A DNA stretch of 64,000 nt from assembly GCF_006345805.1 (NCBI RefSeq), contig NC_042998.1, positions 117,986,001 to 118,050,000 of the forward strand, read 5' to 3'. The notes below the pieces were generated by a model. It worked only from the letters and a program-made list of their open reading frames with translations. It was not told where the DNA came from and did not search any database. Position 1 is the first letter of the stretch, and each line of letters begins with the position of its first letter. Below, one piece after another: positions 39,199-50,936 of the stretch. The position numbers were made by a program, and so were the translations under genes. This DNA is from Octopus sinensis. Lineage: Eukaryota.

Positions 39199-40275
39199 TA
39201 TACGCACACACACACACACAATAGCAACTTGATGTTTATAAGAATAGGGAGGTTAGGGCTAAATTTGATTCATCTACACTTTAAGGTGAACGTTTACTCA
39301 AATTCTTTCCTACTGCATTGTGCGAAAGTGCATCTATATGCATGTAAGCATCTTGAGGATCTTTCAGAAATTCTGTTCATGATTTTCATATTGGTCCACA
39401 GAATAGACAGGCATTCCTCGAAGCAGAATCGGCATGTCATGGAAATTATATTATATGATTTTGCATGACCTACTATCGACCAAGTTATATAATACTTAAT
39501 TTTATCTTCCTTAAGACGTCATACACAATCGATATAATATGTTGAATGTCTCTTGTTGATTCTCTTGAAGCTGGTGAGATGGTTGCCGTAACGATTCTTG
39601 TATGAATCAGCCGTTGCTTCAATCTAAACCTATGGTCTTCCCCTTGTGAGCATCTTGATTTTTCTCTGCATGAGCATTTATTATATTTATTTGTATATAT
39701 GGCAGTTCTGAACTGATTTTTCCGACGTTGTTACCACGTTAGCCGTACCGATATTATTACTACTATCACAATGTGCTCGTTTCAGGTGGTTTTCATTGCA
39801 GTTTACATCTCCATTTTTGCTATTTTGATACATATATTTTCCAGTAGTAGTACTAGTTCTAGTAGGTGGGTTATTGAACTGTTGTTTCATTACTATTATT
39901 AATACAGTAACACTATGGTAATGTTGAATCATAAAATCTTAAAACATCTAAAGAAATGTTTTCTATGACTGTCTACTTGTAATTTATAACTTCTGCCGAG
40001 GAGTAATTGAGCGTAATCCCTATATATAACTCCCGCGATTTCTGAAAAGGAAAATTAATTAACGAAAGTTTGTGACTTGTGCAGAGATGGAAGTTCCCAT
40101 CGCTATATCGAAAGCATTCTCTCTATCTGATCTATTCCACAATCTACCATTAAAATCTACTAAAGAGTTTCACGCCGCAAGTATTATATCTACTTCGCCT
40201 CGGGACATATCTGAGATTTTCATACTATAAATCAGGACTTGATTGAGGACGATCGGGCTAATAGTGGCATAGTAA

Positions 40276-40307
<32 letters not shown>

Positions 40308-42689
40308 GGAATGGGGTTATTTATATACATATATGTAAACAAGTTCACACACTCTTGCGCATCCACATTACGTACATGTATACATGGTGCAACACTCCCA
40401 TAAACTCACCATTTAGGTGCAAACGTAATAGATTTGATAGTGTTCTGTGGAACATGGAACAACAGTCACGCACGGTTGTAGAGTTCAGCTGCCCAGTGGA
40501 TTTCAATTTACCTTTTACTATCCAGGAAAAGAGAACATTTATTGTGATGGAATAAGGAACTTACAGCTCTTGTACTCTTTGTTTAAATTCTCATTTGTAT
40601 CTATCAGCATTTTTGCATTTGGCTTTGTACTTGCATATTTACAAGAAATCTTGGAATCGCTAGGTTTTTCGAATAGATTGGATTTTCTCCATATCCAGTC
40701 TATTTGTTGCAAAGTGAAGTTTTCTGAGTCTGGCGTTGGTGTTTGGCTTTGTAGTCGCAATCAGAACTCTAATTCATTCATTTTCAGTATTTTAGCCTTA
40801 TATTCATGTTAATAAACTGCATAGATTTTCTAATCGCTATAATCGACATTTTCTCCATTTTCTGTGATTCTATTTTCATTTCCCCGTAAATCACTCTTTC
40901 CCATCTCCATTTATACACTAAATGATGAACACACTCCCCTACCTCAGGCTGTATATCCAAATATATTTCGAAATGGAAAAAGAATTATTATAAGATACGA
41001 TATTTAAAATATGATATAGTGGTTGTTGTGGTTTTTGTAGTTTATTACTCCAAGGACATTTCCATTGAGAAGAAGTATGATGAAACATATTCCAGTTGTA
41101 AAATTGTCTTTGTTTTTTTTAAATCCCATAGTAATATCTAAGACGGAACCACTAATCGCTTTCACCTCTGTACATCTGTTATTTGGTTGTTACCTATTTG
41201 TTCTTATATTGTAAAATCGTATATTTCAAACGGAGCCGTAATATTCTGGGAGTTAGTTGAAATGAGTAGACTTCAGTAACCTATGTTACTATCCTTTCGA
41301 GTCTCTCTGTCAGCATAGCCAAGGAAGACATTCTGTTAATTTGCATTTAACTTTTAATTGTAAAAAACCGGTTGTGTTCTGCAGAGAAAGTGTTCCTTTC
41401 CAGCTCACATTTAGTAGTTTTCTTCCCTAAGTGTACAGATATGATGTATGGAAACCCATTGATACGAGGTGGATTTTAGTTGTCGAACTATCTGATACGA
41501 TATTATCAGTCAGTTTGCTCTACTTCTAAGCATGTGTCCCATTGCTTGAGCTTTTGAAAGACACACTGTATATTAATATGGATAAAGAAATATCTGAGGT
41601 TGCAAAATATGGTTTACGAGTTTTAATAACATTGTCCTGGATTTCGTCTAGTGCTTTGTCTTGTAGAACAAGTGTTAGTAGGGATAAGAAAACATATTGT
41701 AGGCTACTGTTTTACTGCATGCTGAGTGGTTTCACAACCAAATTATTTTATATTAGTGTTTTAATATTTTGGCCCGCGTTTCTCGTCACAGGTTACATCA
41801 CAACTAAAATGCTCATCTATGCTGAAGTAACTGTAGCATTCCACATCAGATACGGGAGTGGTAGTCATGCCAAATTTTCAACTAGTGAATGCTTTTCGCA
41901 ATAGCATCCATATACTTAAATCTATTTTCAAATATCCACAAAGAATTAATATCATAGGTTGGACTGCAATTTTCCGTTTGAACTATTTAGATAATTTTGA
42001 GAGATTTTCGACAAATGATTTATTTTAAGTGCACAACGTCTATCGGTTTGAAATATATTTTTGTTTTCCTGCAATTTTTCATTGACAAGAGAACTAATCC
42101 TTATAGTTGATATTTGATATTAGTATGCCGGACAGGTAGGAGTTAGTCTGAATATATACTTATGTTCTTCCAGACATTTAACATGTCGAGATCTCCGCCA
42201 TCAACAAGCACTTGTACTTCAGAGCTGCCAAGTTGCTGCACATTTTGAGGATGAACCCGCAATGTACCTTTTTTTATTACTTTTAAAAATAGTTTTCTTC
42301 CAGTAATATAATGAATCCCACCAAATACTTTCTAACAGCGTTTATGCAAACATATGTTCCTCATAGCATAATAATTATATAAGTTAATCGAATATATTAA
42401 CATTTTGGATTAAATGAATGACGGAAAATACTGACTATTTTTCACAACCAAATATTTTGTACATATTTGATTAACTTCTCATGCAGTACATGTATAGAAA
42501 GCTAACGTTTAAGTATTGCACATTCATCTGAATGACAACAGATGTTTGGAACTTTTGAGAACTAACTGAAATATCTTTTCTCACAAACAGGATATCAATT
42601 CCATTATATTTGATTCCTAGTCTCTGCACAATATGCAAATTCATCCAAACACATAAGTTACACTCTTTTACTCGTTTCAGCCATGCGAT

Positions 42690-43460
42690 CGCGGTGATGC
42701 TGGAGCGCCACCGTGGTTTTTCTGATTTCCTCAGTCTGGTGCGTTTCGCATCACTACTCCTGCATTTGCCTTTGTCGCAGCTGTTGGCCCATTTGGTGTA
42801 TAAGGGAGATCGATTCAGCTGCCCTCGGGCTGTTTGCTCATCTGATGTTGCGGAGAGGAGGATGTCTTGTTCCTTTTTGAAGACATCTACTTCCACTTAA
42901 CGCAGATTTCTTTTTTTTAGTGGTAGAGCATTGGAGTGTTGTGGGCCTTTGAATCCTAGACTATTACAGTACCTGGTCCTGAATTTAGATGCAGTTCATG
43001 GTACCTTTCGTTCAATACCAATGCCGAAATTAGGTACTAGCCCTTCTAGAGTTTTCCCTATCTAGATTATTGCTTATCTCTCACACCTTCGCTCCAGGGA
43101 ATAAAGTTGCAGCCTTCGCAGCCTATCCCTGTAGTGGCGTTGGACTGCTTCAAGCCGCGCTGTTAGTTTGGCACTGTATAGCGACCATAATTGGGAGCAG
43201 GTGGCCGAGAACAAATGTTCTCCACAGGGTCAACATAGTAGTTTGGTCTCTTGTTTTGAAGGACATCAGTATCCATCTTGCCAGTTGTGTATACTTTGAT
43301 GCCATCTTAAAACGATGCGTTATTCCACATATCGAACCCCAAGTCTATCACTGCCTGCGACTTTGGGATTGCAGTGCCTTTGCTTCCTGTATAGTACATT
43401 GTATAAGTTTAAACTTGACACACTACCAATCCTTGCCTGAAATCTGTTTCATGCACTTGA
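42690..43460 (-). mobile_element. CR1/Jockey-group LINE, RT C-terminal fragment
   Basis: VIDLG...ILMSFKTRDQTTMLTLWRTFVLGHL...RLEAVQRHY...RLRRLQLYSLERRCER...LEGLVPNFGI...DVFKKE, with frameshifts. Confidence 0.75.
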
Positions 43461-43549
43461 ACAATTACATGATGATCTCCTGCATCCCGATTTGTTTAGA
43501 TATACACGACCAGGAAAATATGAAAGAAAGAAAAGCGTAAACTCTGTCG

Positions 43550-43610
<61 letters not shown>

Positions 43611-44930
43611 CTATCACTCAGACGTTATAGAAGGCTTTAGTTTAGGTCCTCATACCGAATCTATTATATATTATTTACATCCCATTTTGCAAAAAAGGAA
43701 GTTGCGTGCATTCATTTACCTAGCTGTACGATTCTGAAATCGCAAAAGAATGCATTGTAAAATCTTATAGTGATTATTTCATTGCTATAAGTCGACGAAA
43801 ATAAGAATCGTGCACTAGAATAAAAATCGAGAACAACCTTTTCATTTAGCTAATAAGTCATTCATTCAACATCACATATCACTGTTTTGAAAAGAGCTCT
43901 AACAGTCTATATAGACTTGCTTTTTCGCTAATTCACTGCATCAAAATCCAGTTTTAAAATCAGACTTTAGAGATATTTTCATGATCAGCCAATGAAATGT
44001 CTTTTCAATTGATATAAGGCAAAAAAGATGCAAATATACAATTTACATCTATCAATCTGTTTTCTTATCTAAGCCGTTCTACCTTGTTCTCCACCAGAAA
44101 CATATTTAAATACATGCATATGCACACGTAATGAAGCCCCGTATATATATAGACACGTAAACATATGTGTGTGTGTATGTGTTACATATGCATGCCTCTG
44201 TGTGTGTATGTGTGTGTTTGTGTGTATTTGTGGCATTCTTACATTGATAAATTCAGCTTCGAATTGCTTTGTTTATCAACACGTAATCCGCACTGAGTAT
44301 GTACTTTAATTCAAACGTTAAACAAAGACAGTTTTCTGATTTAAGAATGGCAATTCATATTGAACATACACATCGATTTTCGCAACCATAAACAGTCAAT
44401 CATATCTATTTTAAATATTCTAATCTAAACTGTGTGTACAAAGCTACCTTCTTGAATAAATAAAAGTCTTTATTTCCTATTGATCTATTAATTTACTGAA
44501 TATTTGGTTTTTCGTGGTAGACTGTAATACGTTTTCGAACGGTAGTAAGATCTGTGTCTATCATATAATTAATTAGTTATTAGTTGTTACTAAATTATTG
44601 GATTTGGATATGAAGGAATAATTTAATTCTGCAAATCGACAAACCATGCCATTGATATCTACATGTAATTAAGTTTAGCTGGTGCATATTGAGGCATATA
44701 TTTATGTGTATGAACCACAGAGAAAACGGGGCTTCAATATGTTTTCATAACACAAAATCCGAACAATGCTCTTCAAAACAATAAAATACCAGTTTTCATA
44801 ATCTCTACATAAATTTTCATTTTGTAAATATACAATACCGTAATGATTAAAATAAATTATGCTATAACAAATGATCTGTAGATATGTTCAGTAAAAATTA
44901 TTTTCAGATGCATCTATTTTATCATACCAT

Positions 44931-45344
44931 TTACTTTTCATCTTTTCTTTGTTTCAGTCTTTAGACTACGGCCAAGCTGGGCACTACATTCAAGGGTCTA
45001 GTGAAACAGATCGACTATAGTGATTTTTTTGCAGCCTGGCCTTTATTCTATCAGCCTCTTTTGCTGAACTTCTAACTTACGGGGACGTAAGCAAACCAAC
45101 ACCACTTGTCAAGCAGTGGTCGAGGAAAAACACAATGACAAATATACACACGCATATAAATACAGACACGCACACATATACGACAGACCTTTTTCCGTTT
45201 CCGTCTACGAAATCCACTCACAAAGCTTTGGTCGAATTGTAGCTTCAGTAGCTCACACTGGCCTCAGCTGCAGCGCAATGAATATGAACCTAGAACCATG
45301 TAGCGGTGAAGAAAACGTCTTACCACAGAGCCATTCCTGCGCCT
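44931..45344 (-). mobile_element. Family A SINE, diverged
   Basis: Collinear with the 7816-8205 copy and ends in ccattcctgcgcct. Confidence 0.75.
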
Positions 45345-46444
45345 ATGTTATCAAAGGCCTGTTACAAGTTTCAAGATTATTCGCGATTTATACCTGTGAT
45401 AAAATGTAGGATGTTCCAAGTCGTAGAAAGTACCTTTCATTAATGATTGATCTGTTTACATAAAACATATAACGTAAAATATAGATGATGGCTTTGCTTT
45501 ATATTAGAATTAGTGAGAAAGAAATTCTTCAAGGTTATCAATAGTGATATATTATATAAATGCTTTTGTTTTTAAAACTTGCCAATGACAAATCATACGA
45601 GTGAAAATGTCTGAAGATGCTACAAATAACTTATGTTATTTACAAATCTGAAAGTAAGCAAAGTGCAACCGAGGTCTTCTCTCTGCACTATCTTGGATAA
45701 TGTCACTTACTATAGTAATACTGAAGTCATTGTTTATGGGTGGATGCTTAAACCAATGCACACAAATCTTGGAAACATTTTGAATCATTTTAATGTTATG
45801 ATAGAAACGCTTTCAAAAAGATATTTTACAATCACATTTCGTGTTGAAACGGTTATAAACAAAATGTAAAAACTCTTTCATGGTAGATCTTTCAAAGAAG
45901 CGAGCCATGAATAATGATAAATCCTGGACGATTGTTGGAAAAGTATACATTTTATGTAAATGGCTCAAATGTTGAGTTTTCTGCAAAACTGAGAGAAAAA
46001 GTGAAAATAACCATGAAAGGACTACTTCGAATGAAGAATATATCTAAAGGCTAAATGGAAATTTATACAAAATCCTTGAGACGTATCTTTAAAAACGAAA
46101 TCCGTGAAATACTATATCATTTGGGGTATTGTTAGAAAGCTGTAGTTTCTATGCTAATGGCACAAATGTTATGGACACGTACTAATGCCGGCAAGCTTAT
46201 AGTAAAGAAGAATTTTCTAAACACTAAATTTGGAGCATTATCAAAATGTAAAGAAGTCTATAATAACGTTATACGAAACATCATATCGTACTCGCCTCCA
46301 CGGTGTTGGGCTCTCATTCTCACGGTTCCATGATAAAGTATATGTGTGTGTATGTTTTGGTGTGTGTGCATGTGTGTGTATGTGCGTGGGAGTGTGTGTC
46401 TTTCTGTGTGTGAGTGCGTGTGTGTGTGTGTGTATGTATATGTA

Positions 46445-46680
46445 TATGGAAAAAATCAAAGTATAAAATGCCAAAATAATTTTATAAAAAGCTTTTCAAT
46501 GCCGGTTTCAGTCATTGAGACATTTTCACCTGTAAGTATGGAAAACAATTAAATTTTGAAAAAATTAAAAGACAAGTTTTTGAAAGAATATTTGCGTAGA
46601 GTAAAAGAGTATTCAGATACAACGGGCATTTTCCTTGTTTCTGCCTGTCTCTGTCTCTCTTGTTTACTCTTGTATTTCTT
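46445..46680. repeat. Family C repeat, left arm of an inverted pair
   Basis: Reverse-complement similarity to 47170-47370. Confidence 0.75.
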
Positions 46681-46931
46681 ACTACTATTATATCACCTGC
46701 ATTCCTTTATTATTCTTTCTCCTCTTTCTCTTTTTATTCTTCGTCTTCTTCCTCTCCGCCACCCCTTTCCTTACTTGACTACTATTACTGATTAGAATAA
46801 CACTTTGTCAAATAATATAAACAATTCATTCAAAAGAGATGTCTGAAGAATTCAATCACTACCACCATCCACAAGTCACTTTCAGAGCAGTTGATCATTT
46901 AACATCTTAGTACAATCATGGCACACCCACA

Positions 46932-47037
46932 TTCTTCTTCTCCTCCTCTCCCTTCTTCTTCTTCTTCTTCTTCTTCTTCTTCTTCTTCTTCTTCTTCTTC
47001 TTCTTCTTTTCTTCTTCTTCTGCTTCTTCTTCTTCTT

Positions 47038-47126
<89 letters not shown>

Positions 47127-47137
47127 CCTTCTTCTTC
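46932..47137. repeat. Compound (CTT)n-(ATT)n microsatellite
   Basis: Direct reading. Confidence 0.95.
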
Positions 47138-47169
47138 TCTGCCAAGAATTTACAACGGCCTTGCACCCA

Positions 47170-47370
47170 CAAAAGTAAACAAGAGAGACAAAGACAAGAA
47201 GAAACAAGAATACTGTGCAAATATTCTTTTAAAACGCTTCCTTTTAATTTTACCAAAATGTAATTGTTTTCAATACTTACAGTTGAAAAAGTCTCAATGA
47301 CCGAAACCGGGACTGAAATGCTTTCTATAAAATTAATTATTTTAGCAATTCCTACCTTGACTTTTCCATA
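47170..47370. repeat. Family C repeat, right arm; HHR-like motif on plus at 47280-47315
   Basis: cag-ttgaaaa-agtc tcaat gacc-gaaa-ccgg-ga-ctg. Confidence 0.7.
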
Positions 47371-47421
47371 AATATCAACTCGTGTCTTCCTTTTCAACCT
47401 TCTACACAGACACACGCACAG

Positions 47422-47456
<35 letters not shown>

Positions 47457-47499
47457 GATAGATAGATAGATGATGAATAGATATATAGATAGATGATGA

Positions 47500-47547
<48 letters not shown>

Positions 47548-47589
47548 AGATATAGATATAGATATAGATATATATGTACGTAAAATATA

Positions 47590-48373
47590 CAGGGTAGCGA
47601 ATAATTATAGAAATTCCACTGCCAGTGGCCTACCATGTATAAAAGGACAGTAGACAACATATTCGCAATATAAAAAAGTGTACATTTAAATACAAGAGAA
47701 ATTACCTTTAACAGGTGATTTTACACTCTAGAACAACCAGTCACAACGACCGAAACCACATTTAAGGGCAATTTCGACGGGAATGAAAGATAAAAACTTT
47801 TAACTTGTCAATTGTTTTACGGTTATACCTAGGTTTCAAATGTTTTTACCAAATAATATAATTTGCCAGGCGAAATTCTCATCAGTAACCGCGCCATAAC
47901 ATTAATATATCATTTAGAGACAAATAACAGGTGTCTTATCATTATATGTTATAATTTTTCAAATTCACCGCACAAACGCAGTTTCAGTCGGTAGTAAATG
48001 AAAAATGCCGAACAGATCTTCGAAAAGCTAAAATCATATACGTTAAATATATAGGGTAGCGAATATTTATAGAAATGTAACTACCAATGGCCTAGCAAGC
48101 CTAAAATGCCAATAGACAACATATTATCAATACAAAATAGGGTGCATTTAAACACAACAGAAATTACCTTTGACAGGTAATTTTACACGCTAGAACAAGC
48201 AGTCAAAAACGACGGAAACCACATTTAAGAGCATATTTGAAGAGAATGAATGATAAAAACTTTTACAAGGTAAAAGTTTTACAAGGTAAATGTGGTTTCG
48301 GTCGTTTTGACTGCTTCTTCTAGCGTGTAAAATTACCTGTTAATGGTAATTTCTCTCGTGTTTAAATGCACAC

Positions 48374-48375
<2 letters not shown>
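47590..48375 (-). repeat. Diverged relative of the 28-29 kb array: ~462-bp tandem duplication plus inverted tail
   Basis: agggtagcgaata at 47591 and 48053. The inverted piece at 48289-48375 matches the ctagaa...gaaaccacattt block. Motif order and spacing are collinear with the 28 kb unit. Confidence 0.75.
47820..47891 (-). ncRNA. Type I hammerhead ribozyme, canonical core
   Basis: rc: cggtta-CTGATGA-gaat...attt-GAAA-cctagg-TA-taaccg. Stem III is the palindrome ACCTAGGT. Stem II is weak. Confidence 0.75.
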
Positions 48376-48426
<51 letters not shown>

Positions 48427-49189
48427 ATATATATATATTTGCACGCCGCACAAGGGCACCCGTGTGTCTTTATGCTTAATTTCGATAGCATAAGTAGATG
48501 TCAGGCTCTAACTCTACTTAGTTATTGCTCTATACTTAACGAAGGTGTTAGTAACATATTGCTTCTGTATATGAACATACATCTTCACAAATGTTCATCT
48601 AGTGATAGACAAGCGTTTCCCTAACTACGTATTATACACGTAGTGAAATTTTAACCCGTGTGTCTAGAAACCAAATTGCTAAAGTACGAATCGCTACACT
48701 TAAATATAATTTTTTATACTCCAGATTCACTTTATATGCCTTATTTTTCCTTCCAAAATTATATAGAAGCGTATGCGTTTTATGTATATAAAACTATGTG
48801 TATAAATATGTAACATTTAGACATATGTATATACACGCGCGCGCGTATAAACTTGGACACACGCACGCAAACGCACACACACGCACACACATAATGCACA
48901 TACATATGTATACATATATGCGTGAATGTTTGTGATACTGAGTGTGAGTGTGTATGTGTGTATGTGTGTATGTGTGCGTGTGTGTAGTCTTTTGGAAGTC
49001 TAGGAAAATTAAACGTCTTGTTATAATACAATTTACATAGATTGATACCTGCAGAGAAATGTAGCTTGATATATGATTTAAGCTTATTCTTTTATCTTCC
49101 GGTCCTTACGTCATGTGTTTGTATGTGTGTGCGTCTGTCTGTCTGTCTGTGTCTGTGGGTATATCGATATCGATATAGATACGTGTGTA

Positions 49190-49315
49190 TGTATGCACGC
49201 ATGTATGTATGTTTGTATGTATGTATGTACACATGTATGTATGTATGTATGTATGTATGTACACATGTATGTATGTATGTATGTATGTATGTATGTATGT
49301 ATGTATGTATGTATG
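49190..49315. repeat. (TATG)n microsatellite
   Basis: Direct reading. Confidence 0.95.
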
Positions 49316-50889
49316 AATTTGTTGATATATCGATTACGGAAGTTGTATCACTGAAAAAAGTTCTCCCTTTTCTAATTGGATAAATGTTTGAAGTGATGGC
49401 CGCTGTGAAGAGTGAGGTGCTTCAAAGCTTCAAATATGTGATTTGTTTTGATTAGTTAAGATGTAAAGGTAAAAATTTGTTTATAGTCGGAAGAAAATTT
49501 GATCAAACCTGAAAAACATTTACGGAAGCGTTTGATATTCGAGTGAGAGCATTTTATGGAGATAGAGATACTTAGATCTATAAGGGCGTTTGAAGTAGAA
49601 CTTGGTGAAGAAGTGGCTGTTGAAACAATTCTACTTTGAAGAAATTTCATTTGAAGCAAGTGACCGATAAACTGTACACGAAACTTCGAGTAATGTTATT
49701 GATATATCATTTTAAATGTACGTAATTTAGAAAGATGAAGATTGCGCAGCCTAAAGAAATATATATAATTTGACGTCGGTGTAATATCGACTGATGTGCT
49801 TCTCCAGGTTGCAGCAACTATATTTGGTGTATAATTTTATCGCATATTCTTGTATGAGAAAAATGCATTCGATTAAGTTATATAACGAGTATTTAAATCA
49901 ATACACCAAAGCAGCTGTTGATTAGTATTTTAGCATGACCTCTGAGAGCTAAAGAGATTATTCGATGATAATATCATAGTCGTATATTAAGTTTTATATA
50001 TTCTTAAATGTAACATGTTTGAGTACGGAGACACGGGCAATCAACATCAGGAAATGATGTTTTTTTCTTAATAGATTAATTTGTAATTCCCATTGGATAA
50101 ATGAATGTCTTCTAAATAACCTACCCCAAACAGAATGAAGGTGGGATTAATAAACTAGATCCATGCTTACATTCCCGAAGTTTATTAAAGTTCACAATTG
50201 TAAATGTGAGTGTGTGCCTGAAAGACGATACCTACTTGTCGGAATGGAAGGGTCGTCTTTATGCACTGTAAACCTATTTATATACATACAAATATAATTA
50301 AAGCTCAAACCCCGGCCCCCACTTATAAATATTTCAAATTCTAAACAGATTTTATTGGTGCGAAATTTAGTTCCAGTCGTTGTAAATAATAACTCCATTC
50401 CTTTGTATTGGTTGGCAACAATAATAACCTCCTCACTGGAATCTGGAATCAATAAAGATGAAATAATTTTGATCATATTCACCCACACATGCACATTCAT
50501 ATCCAATTACAATCATATCCTTTCGCAAAATCGTCTCTTGGTATCACGAGATGATTTTGTGTATAAATATTCTTAATAATATCAATAAGAAAAAAACAAT
50601 GTTGAAGCAGTCCAAACATCAATATTTTGCTTTGGGTGTTATATAATTCGTCTGCTACATTATAATCCACATCAAAATACATACAGATGTATTCAGTGTT
50701 ATGTGTGCAATATCGAAACAAGTGAGTTTAACGAGATTCCGATATTGCGACCGTGTATATATGGTAACATCTTTCCTATGTGTGTGTATTCATATATATA
50801 TAATTGTCACATTTAGTGACAATTAGAATCATACAATTCTAATTCTAATAGGGAAGAGTGTCCGGAAAAAGCTGAACAATCAAGCGGTC

Positions 50890-50936
50890 TTAACTGATGA
50901 GGCAACGGAAATTGCCAAAACTGACGTCATTATTAA
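50890..50936 (+). ncRNA. Decayed type I HHR (G12A)
   Basis: ttaa-CTGATGA-ggcaa cggaaa ttgcc-AAAA-ctgacgtcat-TA-ttaa. Two substitutions from a canonical motif. Confidence 0.5.

Noticed and set aside
46882-47415. 177-aa ORF with poly-N, K and R runs
   Set aside because: It is trinucleotide microsatellite plus family C repeat, not a gene.
47725-47765. Opposite-strand HHR-like motif (tagaa...gtc...gacc gaaacc) implying ambisense ribozymes
   Set aside because: No stem I and no valid core. The homologous block in the 28 kb unit lacks the hairpin and GAAAC.
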